This document shows positions 10,127 to 20,237 of a stretch of 64,000 nt of DNA, one piece after another. Below the pieces are notes generated by a model. That model worked only from the letters and a program-made list of their open reading frames with translations. It was not told where the DNA came from and did no database searches. Position numbers and translations under genes: made by a program. Source of the DNA: a virus; the IMG/VR virus record IMGVR_UViG_3300011429_000004, positions 331 to 64,330 of that record; one strand, written 5' to 3'. The stretch's first letter is position 1, and each line of letters opens with the position of its first letter.

Positions 10127-12841
10127 ATGGCTAATAATGTAGATGATATCTACGGTACTGATCCGCAAGTAGAATTTGCGCGGAAAATGGCCGAAGCTTT
10201 GCTCTCAGGTAAGGGAGGCTTTAAAGGGCTGCCTGCTGATGTGGCTACTTTGCCTTATGCGGGCGTAAACTATGGTGGAATGAATATATTAAATGCTATA
10301 CAAGGGGCACAGTACAGGGATATAGCTGGATCACAAGATAAGAACTTAAATCAAAGGCTTATACCTGGAAATGAAGGTCTCAAAGCGCCTGTTACACTCG
10401 GAACAGGAGTAAGTCGTACTCAAGGACAAAGACAAGCGTCTCTAGCTCCTCCTCCAGGCATGTTCCCGCCACCTGTTACTCCTGGGCAAGGAGGTAAAAT
10501 AGGAGAATCAGAGACTCCTCCTACTGGACTGCCTCCTCTTGCTTTATTAGATGATTCTCCTAAATCAGCCAGTATTTATGATGCACTTGTAAATGAAGTG
10601 AAAAAATCAGAAAATATGGCTATGTTCAATGGTAAGGAAACTCAGTCTAAAGCGTATAAAGATTATTCTCAGTACAGTAATGGCTATGGCACTAAAGCTA
10701 CTCATAAAGATGAGATAATCGATAAAGACGAGGCAGAAAGAAGGTTTACATCTGATTGGAGTAAGGCAGAAAGAGTAGTCGATGGCTTTAAGCCTGGATT
10801 AGACCCTGGTACAAGAGCAGCTTTAGTTTCTTTAACTTATAACTCTGGCCCTGGTTGGAGGCAAGGAGCACTTGGTAAAGCTATACGAGAAGGTAATTTA
10901 CAAAAAGCGCAAGAGATATTTAAACAATACAATAGGGCTGGTGGCAAGGTTAATCCTGTTTTAATTGCTAGACGTGATAAAGAATCTAAATGGTTTGGTC
11001 AAGGTAAAGAAGAGCCTAGCATAGCTTCACCTATGCCTGAATTAAGAGGCACAATTCCACCAAATGCCGTGCCTCTTGATAAACCTATACAAGATACGAT
11101 AGAAAAAGATACACTAAAAACTGGTGGAATACCGCCTGCTGAAGGTGCTCCCGTTCCACCAGTGCCTAATATGCCTGCACCTGGACCGCAAGGTATGGGT
11201 TTTGGGCCGCCTATGTCGAGAACAGCTGCACTACCTCCGGCTGCAAGACCATCTATATCAGATGTTAGTCCACAAGGTGCTTATCCCGTTCCTGAATTTA
11301 CTAAAACACCTGAGCCTATTATACCTAAGACTTTAATAGATCAAGTTCCTCAGCCTCCTGTCATGCCTGCACCATCTGTTCCTGCTATGCCTGATCCTGG
11401 GCCTAGAGATATGGGTTTTGCACCTCCAGGGGCTATGTCTAGACAAGCCGCTAAATTACCTGTTTCTACCCCTGGTATACCTGGTGCCTTAGTTAATTCT
11501 CCAAGAGAAGCTACTTCAGCCATTCCTCCTGGTGTAAGTATACCTGAATCTCCTGCTGGTGTAGAAAGAGCGCAAAGTGCAGAAGAATTAGGAAGAAATA
11601 ATGACAAATTAGAAGACATGCTCAATAAAATGCCTAATGTTCCGCCTTCTAGTAGAGGGTCGCCGCCTCCTGGTATTATGAGATTAGGAGGCCCCGAAAA
11701 TCTTGGGGCGGAAGGGCCACCAGCGGGTCCGAGCCCGGCTCCGGGGCAACAATTTGCGCAGGCTAGGCCATATCAAGCAGAGCAGGCTAGGCCAGCACAA
11801 GATAACAACATTACAATACCTGGATACAGTGGACCGGCCCCGCCAGTTATGCCAGCATGGACTGATGAAATGCTGTTAGCTAGATTGAACAGGGCACCAG
11901 ATAGTGAACGCAATGATATATTAAAACAATACCACGATAGCTTAGCTCCAAAAGGTTATGATGTTCCTGGTGGTAGATTAATGGCCATGCCTCAACGTAA
12001 TGGCCCGACACAGTTTATGTTCCTACCGCATGGTGAGACAGAGCCCGGTAAATTAATTCCTAGGGCAGATAAACCAGGACTTAATTATTCACTAACGGTT
12101 CCTGGTGATGTTAGTACTGGAGAAGGTAGATTATCAGGCAGAAAAGTAACAGAACCTGAAACAGGAATGGAGACTTTAGCAAGAGATAAAGCACAACTAG
12201 ATACAGAAACCGAAGTAACAAAAACACTTGGAGCCGCAAAGGCTAAAGACGTTGCTTCTACTATAGAAAGAGGTATGACGGCTGGTCCTGTTCTTAAAAC
12301 TATTGATACAATGGACGCAATATCCAAAGCTAGTAAAAACATACCTCGCGGCCCTACTTCTCCGTTTATGACTGCTGTTAGGCAATTTGCTGATAATTTT
12401 AACATACCTATACCTAAAGATACACCAGAGGGAGAAGTACTGCAAAAATTGAATGCTGGTTTAGCTTCACAAGCAACAAGGGCTATCTCTAATAGAGGCA
12501 CTAATTTTGAATTAGAGACATTTATTAAAAATAATCCAGGACTATTGCAAACTAAAGAAGGCATGGAAATGCTTTTAGACATTATGCGCCAAGAATATAA
12601 ATCATACCAGGACATAGCTAGAATAGCCAATAGAACTAAAGGCAAAGACGTAGATATTTTTTATGATAAAGTGGATGAATATTACGATAAAAATCCAGCT
12701 AAATTCAGTCATAAAATGGAAGACGGCAGTACTGTAAGAGTAACCACTAGGAAAATACGCTCTGAAGCAGATATAGAAAAATATGTAGAGCCCGGTGAAG
12801 GATGGATAACGAGCAAAGGCAAAATTGGAGTAAGAAAATAA
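10127..12841 (+). CDS. Internal virion / ejection protein with a lysozyme-like muramidase domain and a proline-rich repeat region.
   Basis: 904 aa. Residues ~150-290 resemble phage lysozyme (ETQSKAYKDYSQYSNGYGTKATHKD...EAERRFTSDW). Two tandem ~20-aa Pro-rich repeats (MPAPGPQGMGFGPPMSRTAA and MPDPGPRDMGFAPPGAMSRQAA). Confidence 0.55.
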   Translation: MANNVDDIYGTDPQVEFARKMAEALLSGKGGFKGLPADVATLPYAGVNYGGMNILNAIQGAQYRDIAGSQDKNLNQRLIPGNEGLKAPVTLGTGVSRTQGQRQASLAPPPGMFPPPVTPGQGGKIGESETPPTGLPPLALLDDSPKSASIYDALVNEVKKSENMAMFNGKETQSKAYKDYSQYSNGYGTKATHKDEIIDKDEAERRFTSDWSKAERVVDGFKPGLDPGTRAALVSLTYNSGPGWRQGALGKAIREGNLQKAQEIFKQYNRAGGKVNPVLIARRDKESKWFGQGKEEPSIASPMPELRGTIPPNAVPLDKPIQDTIEKDTLKTGGIPPAEGAPVPPVPNMPAPGPQGMGFGPPMSRTAALPPAARPSISDVSPQGAYPVPEFTKTPEPIIPKTLIDQVPQPPVMPAPSVPAMPDPGPRDMGFAPPGAMSRQAAKLPVSTPGIPGALVNSPREATSAIPPGVSIPESPAGVERAQSAEELGRNNDKLEDMLNKMPNVPPSSRGSPPPGIMRLGGPENLGAEGPPAGPSPAPGQQFAQARPYQAEQARPAQDNNITIPGYSGPAPPVMPAWTDEMLLARLNRAPDSERNDILKQYHDSLAPKGYDVPGGRLMAMPQRNGPTQFMFLPHGETEPGKLIPRADKPGLNYSLTVPGDVSTGEGRLSGRKVTEPETGMETLARDKAQLDTETEVTKTLGAAKAKDVASTIERGMTAGPVLKTIDTMDAISKASKNIPRGPTSPFMTAVRQFADNFNIPIPKDTPEGEVLQKLNAGLASQATRAISNRGTNFELETFIKNNPGLLQTKEGMEMLLDIMRQEYKSYQDIARIANRTKGKDVDIFYDKVDEYYDKNPAKFSHKMEDGSTVRVTTRKIRSEADIEKYVEPGEGWITSKGKIGVRK

Positions 12842-13873
12842 GTGGCTGAAACTGATTGGGAAGATAAATATACTATTGAAACTAAGACTAAACCTAAATC
12901 TATTCCTGGGACAGTCGTAGATTGGGAAGATAAGTATGTAGTTAATCCAGATAAAGGTAAAAAAATATTTGTTCCATCTATTGGTGGCGAAGATTTAACG
13001 CCTTTTGGCAAAGTATCTATGGGGCCAATAGATATAGAGTATCCAAGAAGTGTAAAGAGCGCTATTGGTGCTGCGTTTGGTGGTCCTGGTCCTAGAGGTA
13101 TGCCTTTTATTAAAGATTTAATACCTACGACTGTTAAAGACGTAGAGCATATGGAGAAGCATCCAAACCTGGAGACAGCGGGCAATATAGCAGGTAGAGT
13201 AGTTGCCGGCATTCCGCAAGCTATGGTTATGCCATTTGGAACAGGGCTATTAGGTACAGTCGGTAATGCTGCAACACAAGCTTTCCTAAATTCTGTATTA
13301 GGCACAGGTGAAAGGGCGGTGCATAATAAAGAAGAGCCAAAACTAGATAAAGATACTGCTTGGGATGCTGCATTTGGTGCTGCTGGACCCGTAGTAGGAA
13401 AGGCGTTTTCTCCATATCAAAAGCCATCGCCAGTAACACCATTTAAACCTGGAAGTGTCGGGCAAGGGCCACATTCTCTTGACTATACTAATATGTATAA
13501 CAAAGCTAAGAATATGCCAGGTGGAGCTGGCTCAACTGACTATAAAGTACTAGCTAGGCAGCATATAGATGAAGTAAATAAAGTAAATAGAGTTAGGGAT
13601 GCTACTGGGGCTAAAATAGATGCATCACATGCCGGGGTAGATAGAATACTAGACTCCACTACTCAAAACCCCATAGCCAGATGGGGATTACCCATAGCGG
13701 CGGGGGCAATTTCTCATCATGTTACAGGCCATTTAGGAGCGGATGCTGCCGCTGCTGCTTTAGCGCACTGGGGGCCAGGAGTATTAAAGGGCTATTTAGG
13801 TAACCAAGCAATGAATCCAACTACTCAAACTATATTAAATTCAATACTTAGTGGACAGAGAGAAGGTGGTTAA
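12842..13873 (+). CDS. Internal virion protein candidate (GTG start).
   Basis: 343 aa, G/A-rich, directly downstream of the ejection protein. Confidence 0.35.
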   Translation: MAETDWEDKYTIETKTKPKSIPGTVVDWEDKYVVNPDKGKKIFVPSIGGEDLTPFGKVSMGPIDIEYPRSVKSAIGAAFGGPGPRGMPFIKDLIPTTVKDVEHMEKHPNLETAGNIAGRVVAGIPQAMVMPFGTGLLGTVGNAATQAFLNSVLGTGERAVHNKEEPKLDKDTAWDAAFGAAGPVVGKAFSPYQKPSPVTPFKPGSVGQGPHSLDYTNMYNKAKNMPGGAGSTDYKVLARQHIDEVNKVNRVRDATGAKIDASHAGVDRILDSTTQNPIARWGLPIAAGAISHHVTGHLGADAAAAALAHWGPGVLKGYLGNQAMNPTTQTILNSILSGQREGG

Positions 13874-13877
13874 CTAA

Positions 13878-15080
13878 ATGCCACGTAACTCAAGCGGTAC
13901 TTACAGCCTTCCAGTTGCGGCCTATGTGGCTGGCACAACTATCCGCTCAGCGGATATGAATAGTAACTTATCTGATATAGCTACAGCACTTACTCAATCT
14001 GTTGCTACCACTGGCGTATCTCCAATGACAGGGCCGCTTTACTTGGCGGCTGGCTCTCTTGCAGCGCCTTCTCTGTCTTTAGCATCTGACCACGCTACCG
14101 GCTGGTATAATAACGCCGCTGGCGCAATGACTTATGTAAGTGTAGGCGTAGCCATACTAGGCTTATCTGGCTCTGGGGCTTCTTTAATAGGTTCTCTTAC
14201 TGTTTCTACTTCTTTACAAGTAGGGACTACTTTAATAGTTGCGTCCACTACTACTATGCAAGGTATTTTAACTATTGCAGTGGCCTCTAATACAGCTGTA
14301 TTTAGAAATACAACTAACGATACAAATGTTAATTTTATTGTAACTTTTCAGCAAGGTTCTGGTGCTGGGCAAGCCGCAAGCATAAGAGCCGCAGGAACAG
14401 CTGCTAATGACATTACAGCTATAGCATATTATATGGGAGCTACTCTTGCTTATGGATATACTGCTACTTCTATTAATGCTTTTATACCTTTTAGACTAAG
14501 TGAAATAGCCGTACCAGCCGCACCTGCTGCAAATACAGGTTTAATATATGCTTATCTAGATACTACTACTAAATTAGCGTATAAAAATTCAGCCGGTAAT
14601 ATACATTATATTGCGCCTGTTGGAGGTATAATTACAGAGGCGTTTGGTTCTTACGCTTTAAATACTAATTTAAGTGCGACTATTCCAATTGACGATACTA
14701 TACCTCAAACAGGAGAAGGTGATTTAATTATATCTCAAGCTATTACTATTAAAAACGCTAATTCTAGAATAAGAGTACGCGCGCAAGGTCAGTGGGGAGC
14801 TACTTCTATAAATTCAACTCTTATTATGGCAATATTTGATAGCGCTACTGGCGCAAATGCTATAGCAGCTGTGGCTCAAAATAACGATGGCAGTAATAGT
14901 GGGTCCATGCAGCAAGCATTTTTAGAGTGGGAATACGCCGCTCCTGCCGCTGGCGCTGTTACCTATACTCTTAGGGCAGGGTGTAATTCTGCTTATAGGT
15001 TCAATGGAATTGTTAGTGCAAGGCTACTTGGTGGTTCTTCCCATGTGACTCTTCTAATAGAAGAAATTCAACAAGCGTGA
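13878..15080 (+). CDS. Tail fibre protein.
   Basis: N-terminus SSGTYSLPVAAYVAGTTIRSADMNSNLSDIATALTQS matches the conserved N-terminal pattern of phage tail fibres. Ser/Thr/Ala-rich beta-rich body. Confidence 0.5.
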   Translation: MPRNSSGTYSLPVAAYVAGTTIRSADMNSNLSDIATALTQSVATTGVSPMTGPLYLAAGSLAAPSLSLASDHATGWYNNAAGAMTYVSVGVAILGLSGSGASLIGSLTVSTSLQVGTTLIVASTTTMQGILTIAVASNTAVFRNTTNDTNVNFIVTFQQGSGAGQAASIRAAGTAANDITAIAYYMGATLAYGYTATSINAFIPFRLSEIAVPAAPAANTGLIYAYLDTTTKLAYKNSAGNIHYIAPVGGIITEAFGSYALNTNLSATIPIDDTIPQTGEGDLIISQAITIKNANSRIRVRAQGQWGATSINSTLIMAIFDSATGANAIAAVAQNNDGSNSGSMQQAFLEWEYAAPAAGAVTYTLRAGCNSAYRFNGIVSARLLGGSSHVTLLIEEIQQA

Positions 15081-15089
15081 GATAAGTAA

Positions 15090-16250
15090 ATGCCATTTTC
15101 AGGTAGTACATTTACAAACGTAGCTGGCGCTACTACGGCTGTTGCTGGTGATATAGTACAATCAGCCACATGGAATGCTATACATAGTGATTACGCTACG
15201 GCGTTTACTCAAGTGTTATCTCAAGTAGTAGCTGGTATCACTAATAGAAATATACTATGGATGAATGGCGGCTGTGAAATATGGCAACAAGGTGCCGGCA
15301 GCGCTTCTAGCATAGCTGTAGCTAGTGCGGCTACTAACTACACAGCTGATAGATGGTATCTATTAAACGGAGCTAGTTTAGCTCAAGTTGTTGCAGCTGT
15401 AACAGGTCTAACTACTAATTCTCAACTAGCAGCAAGAATAAGAAGAAATGCAGGCATCACGACAACTACTGTATCTACTTTTGGATATCCATTAGACTCT
15501 GATGAACTTCAGAGAATGCGGGGTAAAATAGCTACTTTTAGTTGTGTTGTTCAAGCTGGGGCTAATTGGTCCCCCGCTAGTGGTACTCTTACTGTTGCTC
15601 TATATGTTGGGACTGGTGCAGTAGCTAAGAGGGGAGCTGGATTTACTTCTGAAACTACTGTACTGTCTATTTCTACTAACTTAACCGCTGGTGGCGCAGT
15701 TACTGCTATCAGTGGCTCTAGTAGTGCAATTGTTCCAACTACAGCTACTCAAGGAGAATTGCAGTTTACTTGGACTCCTTCAGGCGCAGCTGGTGCCGCA
15801 GATGATATTAGTATAGATGATGTAATGGTAGAGAGTCAGCTATCAGCTACTACTTGGACACCAACTAATTTTGATAGAATAGCTTTTCCAAATATGCTAC
15901 AAGGATGCCAAAGATTCTTTAATAAAACATTTAATTATAGTGTAGCACCTGCACAAACAGGTGGACTACAAGGCGCGTTAGTTAATCAAGCCATTGCTAA
16001 TTCTTCCCCATTTATTTGGTGGCAGTTTCCAACTGAGATGCGTGTGACTGCCAGTATTGTTACATTTAATCCTTCAGCTGGCAATGCAAATTGGCGAGAT
16101 GTAGTGGCGGCTGCTGATGTGGTTGTGTCTGTAGATAGCGCATTAGGTGGCGGCACTAAAGCCATATTTATATATGGGGCTACTGCTACGGCTACCTTAG
16201 TTCCTACTCATAATTTATACATTCATGCAATCGCCTCAGCGGGTATATGA
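15090..16250 (+). CDS. Second tail fibre-like protein.
   Basis: Same N-terminal style (GSTFTNVAGATT...SATWNAIHSDYATAFTQV). 386 aa. Confidence 0.45.
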   Translation: MPFSGSTFTNVAGATTAVAGDIVQSATWNAIHSDYATAFTQVLSQVVAGITNRNILWMNGGCEIWQQGAGSASSIAVASAATNYTADRWYLLNGASLAQVVAAVTGLTTNSQLAARIRRNAGITTTTVSTFGYPLDSDELQRMRGKIATFSCVVQAGANWSPASGTLTVALYVGTGAVAKRGAGFTSETTVLSISTNLTAGGAVTAISGSSSAIVPTTATQGELQFTWTPSGAAGAADDISIDDVMVESQLSATTWTPTNFDRIAFPNMLQGCQRFFNKTFNYSVAPAQTGGLQGALVNQAIANSSPFIWWQFPTEMRVTASIVTFNPSAGNANWRDVVAAADVVVSVDSALGGGTKAIFIYGATATATLVPTHNLYIHAIASAGI

Positions 16251-16678
16251 GAGATAAAATGGCACAAGAAAAAGTACTAATGAGTTTTCCTAATTTAATA
16301 ACGGTAGAATTACCTAAAGATAGATTAGTTACTCCATTTGCAGGACTAATACCTCAGCAAATAGTCAAAGAGGTATTAGATTTAACCTACAGAGGAGTAA
16401 CCCACAGAGATGGTTCTTGGAGAATAAACCCCGCAGAGTGGAAAATAAATAAATTAGGAGTTGGTGAGTATCAAATAATACATATGCTAGGATACGACAA
16501 TACTTCTCTTAGTGTAAGTTTACTAGTACAGCCAGGAAGTTTTAGAATAGTTGAGCATGGACTATTAAGTTTTACAGTGGAGACTCTATTAGATAAAGTC
16601 CCCACTGACTTAGATTTCTCTTTTACTCTAGCTAGGGTAATTTCCCAGCCGGTCCCGCCAGCGGTCCGTTCTGCTTAG
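16247..16678 (+). CDS. Hypothetical protein, possibly a fibre assembly/chaperone protein.
   Basis: 143 aa. 4-bp overlap with the fibre gene. Confidence 0.3.
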   Translation: MRDKMAQEKVLMSFPNLITVELPKDRLVTPFAGLIPQQIVKEVLDLTYRGVTHRDGSWRINPAEWKINKLGVGEYQIIHMLGYDNTSLSVSLLVQPGSFRIVEHGLLSFTVETLLDKVPTDLDFSFTLARVISQPVPPAVRSA

Positions 16679-17009
16679 CGGATTCTACTAGCTCTTTGAC
16701 ACTCTTCGTGTTCACATTTGCACTATTCCCTAGGGGAACAGAAGAAGAACGAGCAGTAGTTGCACTAGAGCCTTTAGTAATAAGCTCTAAGATAACATGT
16801 TGCAAAAACTGTGAATTATCGTGAACTTGTGCCTTGAGCACAGCTATTTCTTGCTCTTTTGCTTGAAGAATGGCGTTTACTTTCTTCTCTAGTACATAGA
16901 GAAGATCATCCTCGTCTTCAAATTCTTCGTGGTGACTACGAGGAACTGGCGCCGGACTTTTCTTAGACCAGATGTTCATTTCAAGGTACTCCCTTATGGG
17001 ATTTCTCAC
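16632..17009 (-). CDS. Hypothetical protein. The internal Met at 16979 is a likelier start.
   Basis: 125 aa ORF on the minus strand, convergent with the structural operon. Confidence 0.3.
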   Translation of the reverse strand: MRNPIREYLEMNIWSKKSPAPVPRSHHEEFEDEDDLLYVLEKKVNAILQAKEQEIAVLKAQVHDNSQFLQHVILELITKGSSATTARSSSVPLGNSANVNTKSVKELVESAKQNGPLAGPAGKLP

Positions 17010-17046
17010 TTAGCATAAAACTTATCACAAGTCAACTAAAAATTGG

Positions 17047-18573
17047 TTAATAGATTTCTGTCTTTACCTCCCAATCAAAATCGTCTTTCCAATCTACCTT
17101 GCATATAGTACGATTCCAGTTGGATTTAAGAGTGGAGAGTTTAGGGAACACATAGTACTTGAATTGTTCATTTCGTTCTTGTATCACTTTAAGTTTATCC
17201 ATCATTTCTTTTATTTGCCTAGACCCGACTTTATTGTACGCTACGTCCATTTCTTGGACGTATTTTACTAGTTTAGATGACTGTATAGTATATCTACCTG
17301 TTGAATCTCTCTCCCCTGGAAATATGCCTTCTTCTATTAATTCTAATATGGCTTTTTCAGGCTTTCTTAGACTAATATAAGTTTGCTTTAATAATTCAGA
17401 TGTCTCTGGTATATCGTTTCTAGGATGCCATCCTCGTATATCCATTCTTTGTAGGTAGTATAACATAGATTCTATGCCACCATTGTCTAGTTCATCCCAT
17501 AACTCTTTAAAGTATTTCTTTGATTTTATATAATTCACACCGTTTTTGCAGTACATGTTATCTACTTCATTTACAAAATACCTTCTTTCGTCCGCTGTGA
17601 TGGGCATTACCCAGTCCTCGTTAGAGGCAAATACAATATGTAGACAGTTTCTTGCTTGTCGAGCATTTTGGAATTTACCCTCTACTGTAAAGTATGGCTC
17701 AGTGATTATTTGTTTAAGTATGCCTTCTACTTCTTTGTCTCCAGGGTGATAGGCTTCATCCGAGAATAAAAAAGTTTTGTTATCTAAGTGTTGGTTAAAT
17801 TTACCTGTTAAGTGGTCTCTATTAGATATAGTGATCCCATGAGTACCAAATATCCTTTTAAGAGAAGTAAGTATTATACCTTTACCTGCGCCCTTTCTGC
17901 CTTTAAATACTAGAGCAACCTCGGCTCTTGTGCCTGGGTTCTGTACAGCCCAAGCCATCCATCGCATTACGTATTTAAATTTCTCTTTGTCTTTGTTACA
18001 AAGTATTTTCCATATGTGTCTTATGGTAAGGGGCCAACCATAGTGTATAGGCTCTACTCCAAATCCTTCCCACATATTAAAATATCTTTTAACTTCGCCA
18101 TTATTGAGTGTTACCTCATAGCCTCCTGGATTTTTGTTAGGTTCAAAAGTAACAGTCTCATATTCGTTTCGCCATGTTTGACTAAGCCACCATTTGCCTA
18201 ATAAAATAACTTCGCTACCTTTTGGTCCAGTCATTGTTTCATTGCAATGCCTAGTAATTAGATCGTTTGGCTCTATAAATTGTATGGTATCCTTACCTTC
18301 TACGTCATTGTACATATATTCCATGACTTTAGGCTTTCCCCCTAGAGATTTAATAAAAGCATATTTCTCATTCATCTCTTTAAGCCTAGGTACTGCTGCT
18401 TCTTCTTGCTCTCTACCAGGAAACAAACTAATATTATAAGTAACAGGTTCTGCGTTAGTTATACTATCTAATAGTTTTTTCTTTTCTTCTTCTGTACCTA
18501 GCCATAAGTCATTAGCGTCTTTAGGCTTTTGAGTAAATGGAACTATTTTATCGTCATCTTTATTGTCAGTCAT
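17047..18573 (-). CDS. Primase-associated SF3-like NTPase/helicase (P4/D5-type C-terminal domain).
   Basis: 508 aa. P-loop GRKGAGKG and Walker B FLFSDEAY. Architecture typical of phage primase C-terminal helicase. Confidence 0.5.
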   Translation of the reverse strand: MTDNKDDDKIVPFTQKPKDANDLWLGTEEEKKKLLDSITNAEPVTYNISLFPGREQEEAAVPRLKEMNEKYAFIKSLGGKPKVMEYMYNDVEGKDTIQFIEPNDLITRHCNETMTGPKGSEVILLGKWWLSQTWRNEYETVTFEPNKNPGGYEVTLNNGEVKRYFNMWEGFGVEPIHYGWPLTIRHIWKILCNKDKEKFKYVMRWMAWAVQNPGTRAEVALVFKGRKGAGKGIILTSLKRIFGTHGITISNRDHLTGKFNQHLDNKTFLFSDEAYHPGDKEVEGILKQIITEPYFTVEGKFQNARQARNCLHIVFASNEDWVMPITADERRYFVNEVDNMYCKNGVNYIKSKKYFKELWDELDNGGIESMLYYLQRMDIRGWHPRNDIPETSELLKQTYISLRKPEKAILELIEEGIFPGERDSTGRYTIQSSKLVKYVQEMDVAYNKVGSRQIKEMMDKLKVIQERNEQFKYYVFPKLSTLKSNWNRTICKVDWKDDFDWEVKTEIY

Positions 18574-19618
18574 GCTTCCTCGCTAATCGTATTTTTTTGC
18601 CTTGTTTTGAATATTCTTTTATGGCTAGTTTACAAGCTGACATTCCTGCTTTGTCTTCATCTGGAGCAAGGATTACAGTTTTGACGTATTTAGGAATAGT
18701 TAAATTATGATAATTAGTAGAATATACAGTGCTGACTACAAAAGAATGGTTAGCTTCACGATATATAAGAGCATTTTCAGGGCCTTCTGCAATTATTAAT
18801 ATACTACTAGGATTTCCAAACCAAATACCTGCTCCTTTTATGGCTCCAAGAGCCATCTTGGGGTCATCTACAGGTGCCTTAGTTTCGCCGTTTTCCGACA
18901 AAAAGATTCTATGTATGGCTACAATAGGCCCATCTGGTGATTTTTGTGCTTTAAACAACAGAGTAGGATATCTTATACCTGATGTGTGTTTTAACCATGG
19001 GTTTATTCTTATACTAGTTTCCTTTGGGTGTATACCTCTACAATCTAAATATACTTCTCCCTTAGAGCCTTTTAGCTCTTTGGCTGTATGCCATAGCCTT
19101 TGGGATAATTCTATTTTCTTTTGTAATTGCGCAGCTTGCTCTAGGCGTCGTTTCTCTGCTGCGTCTTTAGCTGGAGTAACGATAACCCCTTGTTCGGCAA
19201 TTTTTTTAAGGTCATTACTAAGATATCCGGCTGCATCATTATATGTATTACAATTGTGCACTCTTTGCACAAGACCGATGATATCGAATCCAGATTTTCT
19301 GTACTCTCCATTAGAGTACCCAGAGAAGTCATTTGGTGAGAATCCGATTCCAAGAAGCTTACAATCTTGTTCTGTAATCGTGGAAGATGCGAAGTCGGCA
19401 CCCCGGCCCTTATAAGTATTAAATCTACACGCGCCAAAATTTCTGTCGCTTCGCGTTGGGCTAAGAAAGTCATATTCTACCTCCGTAAGTTTTTTATACT
19501 CTATGCCCCATAGAGTTAACAAACTTTCAAAGTTAGCTAATCCTTTTTCGCGGAGTTGGTCGTGCTTGGCCAAAGGGAAGATGCCATAGATGTGGTAGGT
19601 GTAGTTGTTTCTACACAC
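18566..19618 (-). CDS. Toprim-domain DNA primase.
   Basis: IIAEGPENAL ... ILAPDEDKAG (Toprim E...DxD). Overlaps the downstream NTPase gene by 8 bp. Confidence 0.5.
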   Translation of the reverse strand: MCRNNYTYHIYGIFPLAKHDQLREKGLANFESLLTLWGIEYKKLTEVEYDFLSPTRSDRNFGACRFNTYKGRGADFASSTITEQDCKLLGIGFSPNDFSGYSNGEYRKSGFDIIGLVQRVHNCNTYNDAAGYLSNDLKKIAEQGVIVTPAKDAAEKRRLEQAAQLQKKIELSQRLWHTAKELKGSKGEVYLDCRGIHPKETSIRINPWLKHTSGIRYPTLLFKAQKSPDGPIVAIHRIFLSENGETKAPVDDPKMALGAIKGAGIWFGNPSSILIIAEGPENALIYREANHSFVVSTVYSTNYHNLTIPKYVKTVILAPDEDKAGMSACKLAIKEYSKQGKKIRLARKHD

Positions 19619-19721
19619 TATGGGTAGATTGTTATAGCATTCTAGCGCACCTACAAGTATAAGTCAAGTAGGAAATTATTAATACTTATGTGATATTACA
19701 CTTATACCATAGGAGGCACCA

Positions 19722-19916
19722 ATGTTACAAACATATTTTAAGCTTAAAGAACTAGAGGAAGAACTTAAACAGATTGTCCAAGACTTGAAGAAATTCAAGT
19801 CGTTAGCTCCCTATGAACAAGCCTATGTATGGCGTCGTTCGCATGAAATTCTTAGAGAAGAGCAGCAACTTTTGGGTCAAGTCTTGACAATAGACAAGGG
19901 ACCGCCTAAACTCTGA
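19722..19916 (+). CDS. Hypothetical small coiled-coil protein.
   Basis: 64 aa ORF with an RBS aggaggcacc upstream. First gene after the strand switch. Confidence 0.3.
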   Translation: MLQTYFKLKELEEELKQIVQDLKKFKSLAPYEQAYVWRRSHEILREEQQLLGQVLTIDKGPPKL

Positions 19917-19939
19917 ATTGAACCTTTCGCGTGATGCCT

Positions 19940-20230
19940 TGCGAACGTTCATAAACTGGCCCCTAGGGTGATTCCTGGGGGCCTCCTTTTTCTGGGGTGT
20001 CGTTGGGTAGCTACAACTCTAGGGCTCGCCACAGGCCAGCCTTGGGGCGCACAGACCCTCTTGCCAAGGGGGCGCCTCGATGGCACTATGTGGCTTCGCG
20101 CTTCTGGGGACGCTACCCCGCACCCCCTAGGGGCGCTGCCCCGGTGCTGTTTCGCCCCCCTAAGGTTACCAGCACCGGGGCAACCAACAACAAAACACTA
20201 CAAATACAACAAAACACTACAAATAAGGCA
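19940..20230 (+). other. GC-rich, highly structured non-coding leader followed by a tandem AC-rich 19-nt repeat, immediately upstream of the RNR start.
   Basis: About 65% GC in an AT-rich genome. Perfect 11-bp inverted repeat ccccggtgctg / cagcaccgggg, other GC hairpins and several CTAGG motifs. Tandem repeat acaaaacactacaaata x2 at 20191-20227. Confidence 0.4.
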
Positions 20231-20237
20231 TCAAACC

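Noticed and set aside
11350-13305. Long minus-strand ORFs (11350-11625, 12085-12645, 12709-13305) inside the ejection-protein genes
   Set aside because: Antisense shadow ORFs within well-supported plus-strand structural genes. Low-complexity translations.
18729-19415. 228-aa plus-strand ORF inside the primase gene
   Set aside because: Antisense to a Toprim primase with clear motifs. Cys/Ser/Leu-rich junk translation.
19968-20237. N-terminal 90-aa extension of the RNR ORF as annotated by the ORF track
   Set aside because: GC-rich, low-complexity translation (PGGLLFLGCRWV...PLRLPAPGQP) with an overlapping alternative-frame ORF. Better explained as a structured non-coding leader. The start was moved to 20238.
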